DNA from: a virus
Lineage: Duplodnaviria; Caudoviricetes
Strand: one strand, 5' to 3'
Length of the DNA: 63,344 nt
IMG/VR virus record: IMGVR_UViG_3300032328_000227
Span: 1-63,344 of that record
Below the pieces are notes generated by a model. It had not been told where the DNA came from. It saw nothing but the letters and a program-made list of their open reading frames with translations, and made no database searches. Below, piece by piece: positions 16,826 through 25,602 of the stretch (position 1 is the stretch's first letter; every line of letters begins with the position of its first letter). A program made the translations under genes and the position numbers.

Positions 16826-19326
16826 TATTTTTCACCTTTTGTCGGTTTGTTTAGTAATTGTCTATCTCTATGGTTCTGTGTTGATAATTGTTTCAATACA
16901 TCTACACCTTTATCTATTACATGTTGTTTCTTGCTTGCTTCTAGTTGTGCTGCTGTTTTAATCATGTCATTCTTTTGTTGCTCGCTAGATGACTTATGCT
17001 GTGCTAACAGGCGCATGCCTTCTAGTTGTAACTGCTGTGCTTTAAACTCTGCATCCGTTTGGTCTTTTTGAACTTTACGTTGCTGTTCTTGTGCTTTAAG
17101 TTGTAACTCTTGCTGTTGCATTTGGATAATTGGGTCTTGCTGAGCTTGTTGTGCTTGCTCTTGTGATGCTTGTGCTTGGTTCTGTTGTAATAGTTGCTGT
17201 GAAGCTTGCGCCAACATTGGAGACAACTGCGCTTCTGTACGTGGGTCCATTGGTACATCATCGCCAGATTCATCTTGTTGTGGTGGTAATGCAAACCCTA
17301 ATTGCTGCTCAATCTGAATACGATACGCAAAGCCTAAATGCTCGTTAACATGCGCCATCATTGCCGCCTGTATTTGCTGCGCCAGTGGGTTGCCTTGCAT
17401 AAGTTTTTGTATCTTAGGGTCTTGAATTGCAGCCATATGGACCGTAATGTGAGCTTGATGGTCTTGTGTTAAAAATGCTTTAACAGGTTTCATTTTTAAT
17501 ACATTTTGGTTTTCAGTTACTGGGTCTGTTGGTTTTTGGTCTTCATCCATAGGGATTAGTTTACTTGCATTTTTTATACCCATGACGTCTAGCATCTGGC
17601 GGTGTAACAAAGGCATATTATAAATCTGTGGTGTTTGTTGCGCTAATTGGAGAACTGCTTGATATTGCACAATCTTCTGCGCCATTGTTGATGCATTAGG
17701 GTCAGATACTGGAATAACTGTGACTAAATCATAATCATCTTTTTTAGCCCTACGGTCACCCTCAACTGGGTCATAGCTATATTCTTCAGGGGTATATGCG
17801 GCAATAATTTGTTTTAATAAGCCTAATTCTTGCTTCATTGAGTAGTGAATACGCGCTTGTACTGCTGACATTACTTTTAACGTACGTTCTAAAATAGCTA
17901 ATGTAGTTCCTACGGGTGCTTGGCCTGACATATCAGAAATCTGTAAATCTGCTGTATTAGCAAAGCGACGACCTTCATCTACGATATTTTGTAGTAAGGA
18001 CATAAGAACTTGTGATGGCTCCTTATATGGTAGTGGCATAATGTTGTCGCGCATAGTACCACTTGGTACGTCTACATCACGGAACTCACCTGGAGCTATA
18101 GGGGTATCGTCACCCTTAACGCGTAAACCACGGGTTTTAAAACCGCCTGGTAAATTAGATAGGGTACCAGCATCAACAAGCTGGCGAATAAGACTAGTGC
18201 CAGACTTAGCAAAAGCACCGACAAGATGAATAAGGCCAAAATAATAAAACCCGAACCCAGGAACATATCCATAATGGACAAAGTGTTGGCGTTTTTGGAA
18301 TGTTTCATCATCTGGCTCCCAGTTACGGCGAATGGCTAAGACAGTATTAGTGCCTTTTTCAATTGTAATAATATATGGACGAGCAATACCTGTTTTATGG
18401 CCCTTATCATCTTTATGCTCATCTCCCGGCATTACATAGTCAACATGCATTTCAAGAATTTTGAAACGGTCATCCGATGACGCACGGAAACCCATCTTTT
18501 CAGCAATCTTCTTCTCTACTTCATCAAGGACGTTTGATGGCTCACCTAAATCAACATCACGATAGAATCCTGCCTGTTGCAAACGGATTAATTCGTTTTC
18601 AGTTTTACGCATGACGTGTGTTACACGCTCAGCTGATTGAAGGTCACTTGCACCATATGGAACAACAATATCTTCCGCTGGAACAAAAATTGATACTTGA
18701 CGGTTTAAATGTGGGTCAAAATAAACTTTTTTAAACGCATTACCGCTTAAGCCTAGGCCCCACAGCATACGCTCGTGTTCAGGGCGGTATTCTTGCATCA
18801 CGTCTGTAAGCTGGTAGTTCATATCATCTTGAACACGTTCTGCAGCGTCTTTCTTCTCTTGTGTCTCTTTACCAATAATCTGTGTTTTAACTGGACCCGC
18901 TGCTGGGAACATTGACATCATAGTCTCTGCTTGGAACTTAACTAGCGCTTCACTTAGTAGCGGGTGGTATACCCCACATGCGCCCTCCCATGGTTCACTA
19001 CGCTCCTCAATCTTCATACCAAGTAACTCTAGACCATCTACGTAGGTTTGAATCCAGTCTTTACGTGATGAACAATCATCTTCAAAATCAGCGGTAAGTT
19101 CCGATGCAATAGTTACAAGCTCGCGGTCATCCATGTCTTCAGCTAAGTTAACATTAAACTCATCTTCGTTTTCATCCGGCATGAACTCAAGTTCCATATC
19201 CCCAATGTTTAGCGTAACGCTTTCTGGGTCTTCAATCTCAATTTCAATGTCTGGTTCTTGGCTCTGCTGTGCGAGCATCTCGTCTAGACCTTGCGGCGCT
19301 GCGTATAAACTTTTATCAATTGCCAT
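16825..19326 (-). CDS. Portal protein with long C-terminal Q-rich coiled coil
   Basis: 833 aa, follows terminase; G.AFKKVY.D and helical barrel-like C-terminus. Confidence 0.85.
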   Translation of the reverse strand: MAIDKSLYAAPQGLDEMLAQQSQEPDIEIEIEDPESVTLNIGDMELEFMPDENEDEFNVNLAEDMDDRELVTIASELTADFEDDCSSRKDWIQTYVDGLELLGMKIEERSEPWEGACGVYHPLLSEALVKFQAETMMSMFPAAGPVKTQIIGKETQEKKDAAERVQDDMNYQLTDVMQEYRPEHERMLWGLGLSGNAFKKVYFDPHLNRQVSIFVPAEDIVVPYGASDLQSAERVTHVMRKTENELIRLQQAGFYRDVDLGEPSNVLDEVEKKIAEKMGFRASSDDRFKILEMHVDYVMPGDEHKDDKGHKTGIARPYIITIEKGTNTVLAIRRNWEPDDETFQKRQHFVHYGYVPGFGFYYFGLIHLVGAFAKSGTSLIRQLVDAGTLSNLPGGFKTRGLRVKGDDTPIAPGEFRDVDVPSGTMRDNIMPLPYKEPSQVLMSLLQNIVDEGRRFANTADLQISDMSGQAPVGTTLAILERTLKVMSAVQARIHYSMKQELGLLKQIIAAYTPEEYSYDPVEGDRRAKKDDYDLVTVIPVSDPNASTMAQKIVQYQAVLQLAQQTPQIYNMPLLHRQMLDVMGIKNASKLIPMDEDQKPTDPVTENQNVLKMKPVKAFLTQDHQAHITVHMAAIQDPKIQKLMQGNPLAQQIQAAMMAHVNEHLGFAYRIQIEQQLGFALPPQQDESGDDVPMDPRTEAQLSPMLAQASQQLLQQNQAQASQEQAQQAQQDPIIQMQQQELQLKAQEQQRKVQKDQTDAEFKAQQLQLEGMRLLAQHKSSSEQQKNDMIKTAAQLEASKKQHVIDKGVDVLKQLSTQNHRDRQLLNKPTKGEK

Positions 19327-19341
19327 TTACTAATCCTTTAA

Positions 19342-19884
19342 TTATCTAAATGCTGGCCCACTAAGCCACATAGTTGCTGAATATCTATTACCTGTTATAA
19401 CTGGGGTTACTGTATGTAATAAAAATGAAGGGAATGCAATAACATCGCCTTTATTTAATTTTGGTTCTATTAGTTCACCTTTTATATCTTTAATCTGCAA
19501 TTGCCCCCCTGTATACTCATCCATATCATTCATGGCGCATACTATAGTTACTTTTCTATCTGTTGAGTGCCCTTCCAGAACAGTAACATCACTATGCCAT
19601 TTATAATGTTGTCCTGGCTTATATTCGGCATATTGCATAGTTTCTAGCTGATGTATGTTAAAATTCCATCCTGTTTTAATATTGGCTTCTAATCCTAATT
19701 GCTGTAGTACCCCATTAAACCAATACCATTCAGGTGCAAACCAAACCGTTGTATCGCGTATTGCTGTATTAACTAACTTCCCATCTCTATGTAATGCGGC
19801 TGCTTGGCTTTTATTTTCTATAAGTTCAGATGATACAATATTACACACGTCAGCAGGGATTTTTCCAATAAAATAGTTATCCAT
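19342..19884 (-). CDS. 2OG-Fe(II) oxygenase (prolyl-hydroxylase-like)
   Basis: WHSD...RK.T...GG.L...FPS..LH.VTPV..G.RYS. Confidence 0.9.
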   Translation of the reverse strand: MDNYFIGKIPADVCNIVSSELIENKSQAAALHRDGKLVNTAIRDTTVWFAPEWYWFNGVLQQLGLEANIKTGWNFNIHQLETMQYAEYKPGQHYKWHSDVTVLEGHSTDRKVTIVCAMNDMDEYTGGQLQIKDIKGELIEPKLNKGDVIAFPSFLLHTVTPVITGNRYSATMWLSGPAFR

Positions 19885-21437
19885 TAGTAGTACGCTGCCT
19901 TTCTTCTTGGCATCATTTCATAATCTTTATGGTCAGACGGTAGGGATAAGAAGCCCCCTTTGCGGAAGCGCAGCATAGCCTGCGTCATCGAGTCAACCAA
20001 GTCATCATGCTCGCCTGATGGGAATGATGCAACCTCTTCCACGAGTTCATCAGCCCAACGGGTCTGCGGTACCCATACTCTACCAGATGCAAATATATCT
20101 GCAACAGCATTCATACGGGCAATCTTGTCGTTACCCTTACTTGGTACAAATTCTTGTACAGGTATCCCCATAGCGCGTAGCTCATATATTAGTGGTGCGC
20201 CTGAAGCCTTTGCCTCGACAATTAGCGCATCGGGGTCCCACTCTTTATAAGACTCATATGCTTTAGCTTTAAGTTCCGGGAACTCCATACGCTTTTTGAC
20301 CGCATTTAGTAAAATAATGTTTGCTTGGGATATACCGGTGTCATCGGGATGGTAAAATACCCCCCATGTTGTACATGCACTATAGTCGGCCCGTTCAGAT
20401 TTAGTAAATGCCGTATCCCATGACTGAATAATAAACTCACACCCTGGAGGGTGTTCTTCTTCCCATATCTGCCACCACTCGCGTTTAATAATAGCCGACA
20501 CATCTGACGTCGGGCTCTGCATATACTGCGCCATCCACTTGCCTACCGGCAATTCTGAGCGCAATGCCACTAGCTCTTCTACACTCCAGAACTCAGGCCA
20601 CAGGGGTTTGTCTCCCTCAAATAGCGCCGGGAACTCAATAACTTCCCATTCCTCACCTGACCGCTGTGCTGCAGCTTTTAACACCTGACCAGTCAAATCT
20701 TTCTTAGACCAGCGTGTCATAATGATAATAATTGCACCGCCTGGTTGTAACCGCTGACGAGGACCGGATGTATACCACTCGTATGTCTTGTCGTATATCT
20801 CTGGGTTAACCTCGCTTAGTGCTGCTTCCTGCTCGGAGTGAGGGTCATCAATAATAAGAATATCCGCGCCCTTCCCTGTAACAGCGCCTCCAACACCAAT
20901 CGCAAAGTAATCACCGCCGTGGTTTGTGGCCCATCGTCCAGCAGCTTTTGAGTCAGTTTGTAGCCCCACGCCTGGGAATATAGACTTGTAGACCTCTGAG
21001 TCGACAAGGTTTCTAACCTTACGTCCAAAGCCAACGGCAAGCTCAGCGGTATGCGATGTCTGGATGACCTTTTTCGCTGGAAATTTACCCAAGAACCAAG
21101 CAGGTAGTAGATAGGAGCCAAACTCAGATTTAGTATGCCGCGGAGGCATGTTGATAATAAGCCTCTTAACCTCGCCGCTAGCCACTCTTTCAAACGCACT
21201 TGCCATTTTATCATGATGCCGCCCTCCAATGAACGTAGGCCACACTTTTTTCACAAATGACATGAATTTGTGCTGTGCCATCTCCTTATTCTTTAAATTC
21301 TCAAGTATTCCAAGCTCTTCAAGGATGCGAGCCTGCTCTTCTTTTGTAAATAGATGCAGTAGACTGGGTATATCCTTAAGATTTACATCTTTTATCGGAC
21401 TATTCTTCGTCAACCACGTCTCCTTCCTCAGTTTCAC
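19884..21437 (-). CDS. terL: Terminase large subunit
   Basis: MPPRHTKS Walker A, IIDDP Walker B, SWDTA and HDDLVD nuclease motifs. Confidence 0.95.
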   Translation of the reverse strand: MKLRKETWLTKNSPIKDVNLKDIPSLLHLFTKEEQARILEELGILENLKNKEMAQHKFMSFVKKVWPTFIGGRHHDKMASAFERVASGEVKRLIINMPPRHTKSEFGSYLLPAWFLGKFPAKKVIQTSHTAELAVGFGRKVRNLVDSEVYKSIFPGVGLQTDSKAAGRWATNHGGDYFAIGVGGAVTGKGADILIIDDPHSEQEAALSEVNPEIYDKTYEWYTSGPRQRLQPGGAIIIIMTRWSKKDLTGQVLKAAAQRSGEEWEVIEFPALFEGDKPLWPEFWSVEELVALRSELPVGKWMAQYMQSPTSDVSAIIKREWWQIWEEEHPPGCEFIIQSWDTAFTKSERADYSACTTWGVFYHPDDTGISQANIILLNAVKKRMEFPELKAKAYESYKEWDPDALIVEAKASGAPLIYELRAMGIPVQEFVPSKGNDKIARMNAVADIFASGRVWVPQTRWADELVEEVASFPSGEHDDLVDSMTQAMLRFRKGGFLSLPSDHKDYEMMPRRKAAYY

Positions 21438-22005
21438 GTGGTTTTACTACCGCAACACCTAGCATATCATCTAGTGAGGCACTATCCAGAGGGGTTACAT
21501 CTACAATATCTGCGTTAAGTAGGCGTTTTATACGCTCTTTGATTGCATTTTCTAGGTCAGATGAGGTTTTATAGTTGACTGTGACCTCAGAACGCTCGGT
21601 AAATAGGGCAATATCGCTATGTTTACCCAATAACTCAATGGCTTTTAGCTCAAATCTAGCATCCCCACAGTTTGCAAGCTCTAATAACTTCTGTGTAAGC
21701 GCGGTTCGCACGTCATTCATATCGAATGCAAGCCGTTTACTGTATGCCTGGAGGAATCCTTTTGCACCATATGCCACCGCTTCGGTGCCTAGGGCCTTTT
21801 TATCGTGAGTTTTTAGGGACTGCTCAAGTAGTTTGGCGGATTTAACTGCTGTCTCGGTGTCCATTTCGGGTGGGCCGTTAAGCTGTTCTAGCAAATCTTG
21901 GGTGTTGGCAACGACTTTTAGCTCGTCAATGTACGTTTCCGTCTCATCATCTTGGATGTCGTAGGGGATTTTGTGGTCTTTTGTTGGTTCTACTTTAACA
22001 ATCAT
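21400..22005 (-). CDS. Probable terminase small subunit
   Basis: Immediately upstream of terL; LKAIELLGKH..LF motif. Confidence 0.7.
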   Translation of the reverse strand: MIVKVEPTKDHKIPYDIQDDETETYIDELKVVANTQDLLEQLNGPPEMDTETAVKSAKLLEQSLKTHDKKALGTEAVAYGAKGFLQAYSKRLAFDMNDVRTALTQKLLELANCGDARFELKAIELLGKHSDIALFTERSEVTVNYKTSSDLENAIKERIKRLLNADIVDVTPLDSASLDDMLGVAVVKPRETEEGDVVDEE

Positions 22006-22088
22006 ATTCCATGCTTCTTGTCAGCAAAGGGGTGATATCGCGAATATAGCATACAAATATAAAGTGTCAAAGTATATTTTTAAAAAAT

Positions 22089-22190
22089 ATACCCCCCGGG
22101 GGTATGTCAAATATATTTGATAGGGGGGTGTTTCCAAAATATATAGGGGTGGGGGGTGTTGTAACACAAACATGACCGGGGGGTGTTTTC
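22089..22190. repeat. G-tract repeats and palindromes (candidate pac/terminus region)
   Basis: ATACCCCCCGGGGGTAT 22089-22105; TCAAATATATTTGA 22107-22120; GGGGGGTGTT at 22123, 22151 and 22178. Confidence 0.6.
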
Positions 22191-22286
22191 AAAAATGCTC
22201 ATCTAATGTGCAAAACACAGATTAAGAAGGTAATGGGACTCCTCTTTGCCTGTTTGGGGGGTACGGCTACCGCCTAGCCCTGTATT

Positions 22287-22301
22287 CCTAACAATGTTAG
22301 G
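22287..22301. promoter_or_regulatory. Palindrome CCTAACAWTGTTAGG, perfect copy
   Basis: CCTAACAATGTTAGG, just upstream of promoter PE1. Confidence 0.8.
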
Positions 22302-22319
22302 CTATTGCGACCAAAGTTG

Positions 22320-22348
22320 TTGACTGTATTACAAAGTTCATCTACAAT
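22320..22348 (+). promoter_or_regulatory. sigma70-type early promoter PE1
   Basis: TTGACT-N17-TACAAT, preceded by GACCAAA. Confidence 0.8.
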
Positions 22349-22412
22349 GTACTTAAGTTGACGGCGGGCACATTGCATACCCAACGAGTACACTTTGAAA
22401 GGTTACATTATC

Positions 22413-22958
22413 ATGACTAAGAAAACAACAGCAACAGCAACAACCGAACCAACAGTATCATTGTTAGAAAGCGCGTTATCAACGGCGCGTAATGAGGTGG
22501 CGAATAGTTTGGTTCGCGGATACGGCGCAATGCGTGAATACTCAGTATTGCTTAACGGCGCGTTCGGTATTGATTGGTTTGATATTGAGCACTCAGACCA
22601 AAGCGATGAGGCAAAGCCTGTACTCGCGGAAAAGAAAGCATTTTATAAAGTATTGAACGAGGCGAACCACACGAACCCAAGCGTGGTTTGGAAAAGGGTT
22701 TGTAACTTTGGTAAGGTTGAGCGTTACGGCGAACCCGAAAAATCAGAGGGCGATACAGGCGAGGGCGAGGGCGAGGGCGATACAGGCGAGGCAACAAGCC
22801 CAGCACGTGGCGCAATGTTGCGCAATGTTGAGGAATTAACCACGCTTTGGAAATTCAATTCCAAACAGGAAAACCTTGACACCAAAATTGTTGAGGCGCA
22901 AAAACATATTACCCAAGCGTTGGCGTGTTTGGGTGTCAATGTGACAATGCTAGGATAA
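22413..22958 (+). CDS. First early gene, hypothetical, monocistronic
   Basis: ATG 22413 with GAAAGG RBS; acidic GEGEGEGDTGE linker; own promoter and terminator. Confidence 0.8.
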   Translation: MTKKTTATATTEPTVSLLESALSTARNEVANSLVRGYGAMREYSVLLNGAFGIDWFDIEHSDQSDEAKPVLAEKKAFYKVLNEANHTNPSVVWKRVCNFGKVERYGEPEKSEGDTGEGEGEGDTGEATSPARGAMLRNVEELTTLWKFNSKQENLDTKIVEAQKHITQALACLGVNVTMLG

Positions 22959-22974
22959 TCCCCCTCACCAAACC

Positions 22975-22997
22975 AAACCCGCTTCGGCGGGTTTTTT
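22975..22997 (+). terminator. Intrinsic terminator
   Basis: AAACCCGC-TTCG-GCGGGTTT-TTT. Confidence 0.9.
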
Positions 22998-23001
22998 ATT
23001 G

Positions 23002-23016
23002 CCTAACATTGTTAGG
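23002..23016. promoter_or_regulatory. Palindrome, perfect copy
   Basis: GCCTAACATTGTTAGGC, right after the terminator. Confidence 0.8.
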
Positions 23017-23031
23017 CTTTTCTCATTTTGG

Positions 23032-23127
23032 ATTTTGCCAAAATGATAGTTCTTACAGACGCGAGGGGATTTTGTTTAAGGCGTTTCATCATTTTGCCAA
23101 AATGATAGTTTTCACAGACGCGAGGGG
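23032..23127. repeat. Two 37-bp direct repeats
   Basis: ATTTTGCCAAAATGATAGTTyTyACAGACGCGAGGGG at 23032 and 23091 (35/37 identical). Confidence 0.85.
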
Positions 23128-23129
23128 CT

Positions 23130-23530
23130 TTTTTGTATTGTAAGACTTTTATTTTGTATTGTAAGAAAACTGAAAAAATCTTACGTAACATAATCAATGA
23201 CTTAGCTTGTATTGTAAGAAAACCTGTTTTTGAAATCTTACACATTAAATCAATGACTTAACGAATTTTCAATGGGTTTGCGGGCTATTGTAAGAAAACT
23301 TATAATTTTGAAAGCGCATAAAATTATTAGCACGTAATACGAGCAATACGGCAAGAAAAAGAACGCTACATAGATATACTCTTTTTTCTCTCTTACATTC
23401 TTACATTACACTTAAAAACTTAATCTTAACCTAGAGCCACGCGGTTTTATATTGTAAGAACTAATGTAAGAAAACCAAAATAAAATTCTTACAATACACT
23501 TTTTCCTTACAACGTATTACAACGTAAGAT
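23130..23530. repeat. AT-rich iteron-like array (TGTAAGA / TCTTAC), candidate origin
   Basis: Many TATTGTAAGA copies with inverted TCTTAC(A) copies; AATCAATGACTTA twice; no credible ORF. Confidence 0.55.
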
Positions 23531-23534
23531 TATA

Positions 23535-23676
23535 TTTAGTCACTTACATTGTATTACACGACCAAAACCCCTTGTAGTTTATTTTTTTCTTTCTTTCTAC
23601 ACTATTAGTTTAGTTTTACGCTAAAAAATAAACTCGCAATCTTTAGTCACTTACATTGTATTACACGACCAAAACC
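23535..23676. repeat. Two exact 35-bp direct repeats (duplicated promoter upstream region)
   Basis: TTTAGTCACTTACATTGTATTACACGACCAAAACC at 23535 and 23642. Confidence 0.9.
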
Positions 23677-23678
23677 AC

Positions 23679-23707
23679 TTGCATTTATTCTAACATTGTA
23701 ATACAAT
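23679..23707 (+). promoter_or_regulatory. sigma70-type early promoter PE2
   Basis: TTGCAT-N17-TACAAT, preceded by GACCAAAA. Confidence 0.75.
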
Positions 23708-23768
23708 AGAACCATAGTATGAAATCAAGCAAGCAACATACTATAAAACAAAACGTAACACTAACCCG

Positions 23769-23783
23769 CCTAACAATGTTAGG
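23769..23783. promoter_or_regulatory. Palindrome, perfect copy
   Basis: GCCTAACAATGTTAGGC, in the 5' UTR of ORF 23808. Confidence 0.8.
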
Positions 23784-23807
23784 CAACATACGAAAGGTAA
23801 AAATATC

Positions 23808-24143
23808 ATGAGTGCAACAACATTAAGCAATGCAAGAAAAGAAGTAAATGGGCGTAGACAATTTTTTGTACGCAATCCACAGACACGGAACGGCTCAGTA
23901 TTTAGTGAAGCAAGAGAAAATATGTACGTGGTTTATTCATACGGCTATCACTTCCCAATGTATGTGTATGACTATGCAATCGGTAAATGGATAGGCAACA
24001 ACGATAAGTATTCAGTTACGACAACAAGGCAACAAAGTAAGACACGCCCCGATGATGTTAGTTTTTGGATGGGAACGCAAGAGATGAAAGACATGATACG
24101 CAAGGGCGGGTTCGTAGAATACAAACTAAGAGAGGTGGAATAA
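23808..24143 (+). CDS. Early hypothetical protein
   Basis: YVVYSYG.HFP...KYS.TT.RQ motif; GAAAGG RBS. Confidence 0.8.
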   Translation: MSATTLSNARKEVNGRRQFFVRNPQTRNGSVFSEARENMYVVYSYGYHFPMYVYDYAIGKWIGNNDKYSVTTTRQQSKTRPDDVSFWMGTQEMKDMIRKGGFVEYKLREVE

Positions 24144-24145
24144 TC

Positions 24146-24256
24146 ATGAACGCTGATAAATGGGATGCGCTAATAGCGTGGGTATGTGCAATTGGTTTGT
24201 TTGTTTATTTTATTTTTGTTGTATGTGGAGGATTGAGCAATGAATACATCTATTGA
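24146..24256 (+). CDS. Small membrane protein
   Basis: MNADKWDALIAWVCAIGLFVYFIFVVC; single hydrophobic segment. Confidence 0.55.
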   Translation: MNADKWDALIAWVCAIGLFVYFIFVVCGGLSNEYIY

Positions 24257-24419
24257 ACGTGATGAGTACGACCTATGGGCAGAGAGTAGCGAGGAAGCTA
24301 CACGCAAGGCGTTAGAGTGCAAGAACCTAACAATGTTAGTCAACCTTGATAAGTGGATAGAGGATGCGTTTAACTTTATTGATACAGAGATGCAAGACAT
24401 GGAGGTACAGGATGAATAA
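24240..24419 (+). CDS. Small acidic hypothetical protein (59 aa, not in ORF track)
   Basis: MNTSIERDEYDLW...EVQDE*; GGAGG RBS. Confidence 0.6.
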   Translation: MNTSIERDEYDLWAESSEEATRKALECKNLTMLVNLDKWIEDAFNFIDTEMQDMEVQDE

Positions 24420-24567
24420 GAACGAGGTGATGTTAGACGATGTTATTAGTGATGCAGATAATGAGCTGATTAACGACATCAAGAAAGCATTGTACGTACT
24501 GATGCTAGGTGACAATCCAAATCAAGAAGCAATTGAGTTATTAAAAAAAGGGTTAAGAGATGAGTGA
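24412..24567 (+). CDS. Hypothetical protein
   Basis: MNKNEV start with GGAGG RBS. Confidence 0.6.
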   Translation: MNKNEVMLDDVISDADNELINDIKKALYVLMLGDNPNQEAIELLKKGLRDE

Positions 24568-24814
24568 AGCAAACAACAAGACAATTCATAAGAGCGTGAC
24601 ATTCAATGGTGAGTATCTCGCGTTTACTAACAAGACTGTATTCATGGTGCAGATAGGCAAAGACCGAAGCAGTTACAAAACCAAGTGGACTTTTACAGGT
24701 GACTTTGCGAACGCCCTATTCTATTACAAGAGCCTAAACATTGGGCGTGGCTATAAGAAGCGACTTTATGCGCCTTCACTAAACAAGGCGTTACTTGCTA
24801 GGAGTATGAGCTAA
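24560..24814 (+). CDS. Hypothetical protein
   Basis: Coupled ORF in the early operon. Confidence 0.7.
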   Translation: MSEANNKTIHKSVTFNGEYLAFTNKTVFMVQIGKDRSSYKTKWTFTGDFANALFYYKSLNIGRGYKKRLYAPSLNKALLARSMS

Positions 24815-24815
24815 C

Positions 24816-25103
24816 ATGGCAGAGATTAAGCGAAAGCGAAAAGCAACATTAGCCCCAGAACCTAAAATGCAAGTGGTACAGGTACAACCTAGCGTAAAGC
24901 AACGGATACTCATTGCGTGGATGAACTATGCAAGCGCAATGGCGTTAGTGCCTAGCCAAAAGAAATACAAAGAAGCGCAGTTGGCTTTCGTAGCTAACCT
25001 TGCTGAAAAGATGGGTGCACAATTCCCGCAAGAGGTATTGGCTTGCGCTATCGCTAAGAAAGACATAGCTAAGTTACTAAGGGGCGGTGATGAAAACAAA
25101 TAA
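24816..25103 (+). CDS. Hypothetical protein
   Basis: Coupled ORF with AGGAG RBS. Confidence 0.65.
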   Translation: MAEIKRKRKATLAPEPKMQVVQVQPSVKQRILIAWMNYASAMALVPSQKKYKEAQLAFVANLAEKMGAQFPQEVLACAIAKKDIAKLLRGGDENK

Positions 25104-25311
25104 GCCTAACATTGTTAGGGTAGAACGTGATGGGAAAGCGATGTTTGGGGGCAACAGGCATTTTTACTATGTAACGTTTGACAGACCGACAGATGATGAT
25201 TTTGTAATAGTAAGAAAAGACCGAAGCTATACACACATACTTGCTGATGATGAACTTAGTGCATGGGCAACAACGCAGAGAATGTTGGATGTGCAATATG
25301 GCAAAGATTGA
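25087..25311 (+). CDS. Hypothetical protein (paralog-like to next gene)
   Basis: FYYV...ILADDELSAW; contains a perfect palindrome at 25105-25119. Confidence 0.6.
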   Translation: MMKTNKPNIVRVERDGKAMFGGNRHFYYVTFDRPTDDDFVIVRKDRSYTHILADDELSAWATTQRMLDVQYGKD

Positions 25312-25483
25312 AAAGATATGGCGCAGAAGTAGCACTTCATTTTATGTAATGTTAGACCAAGAGATATGGGATAGCTTTGCAAAAACTGAAAGGCAGACAT
25401 ATGCAATATTCGCAAAGGATGAAGTAGAAGCATACAACCAAGTGATGAAAGGAATATGGCATGAGCAAAGCAGAACGCGGTAG
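25298..25483 (+). CDS. Hypothetical protein
   Basis: FYV...IFAKDEVEAY. Confidence 0.6.
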   Translation: MAKIEKIWRRSSTSFYVMLDQEIWDSFAKTERQTYAIFAKDEVEAYNQVMKGIWHEQSRTR

Positions 25484-25592
25484 GGTATTTATTAAATGGA
25501 TTAAGGCATACATTGAGTGCTTATCAGAGGGCAGGGCGATGGAGTTATTAACAGTAAGACACAGAGCAAGACAATTAAAACTTTTTCATTAA
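25461..25592 (+). CDS. Small basic hypothetical protein (43 aa, not in ORF track)
   Basis: MSKAERGRVF...KLFH*; AAGGA RBS. Confidence 0.45.
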   Translation: MSKAERGRVFIKWIKAYIECLSEGRAMELLTVRHRARQLKLFH

Positions 25593-25602
25593 GGAAAATA
25601 TC

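Noticed and set aside
437-21808. Plus-strand ORFs in the structural arm (e.g. 437, 1205, 3457, 11038, 12791)
   Set aside because: Antisense shadows of well-supported minus-strand genes; 12791 overlaps pqqA and a terminator. Only the HNH was retained.
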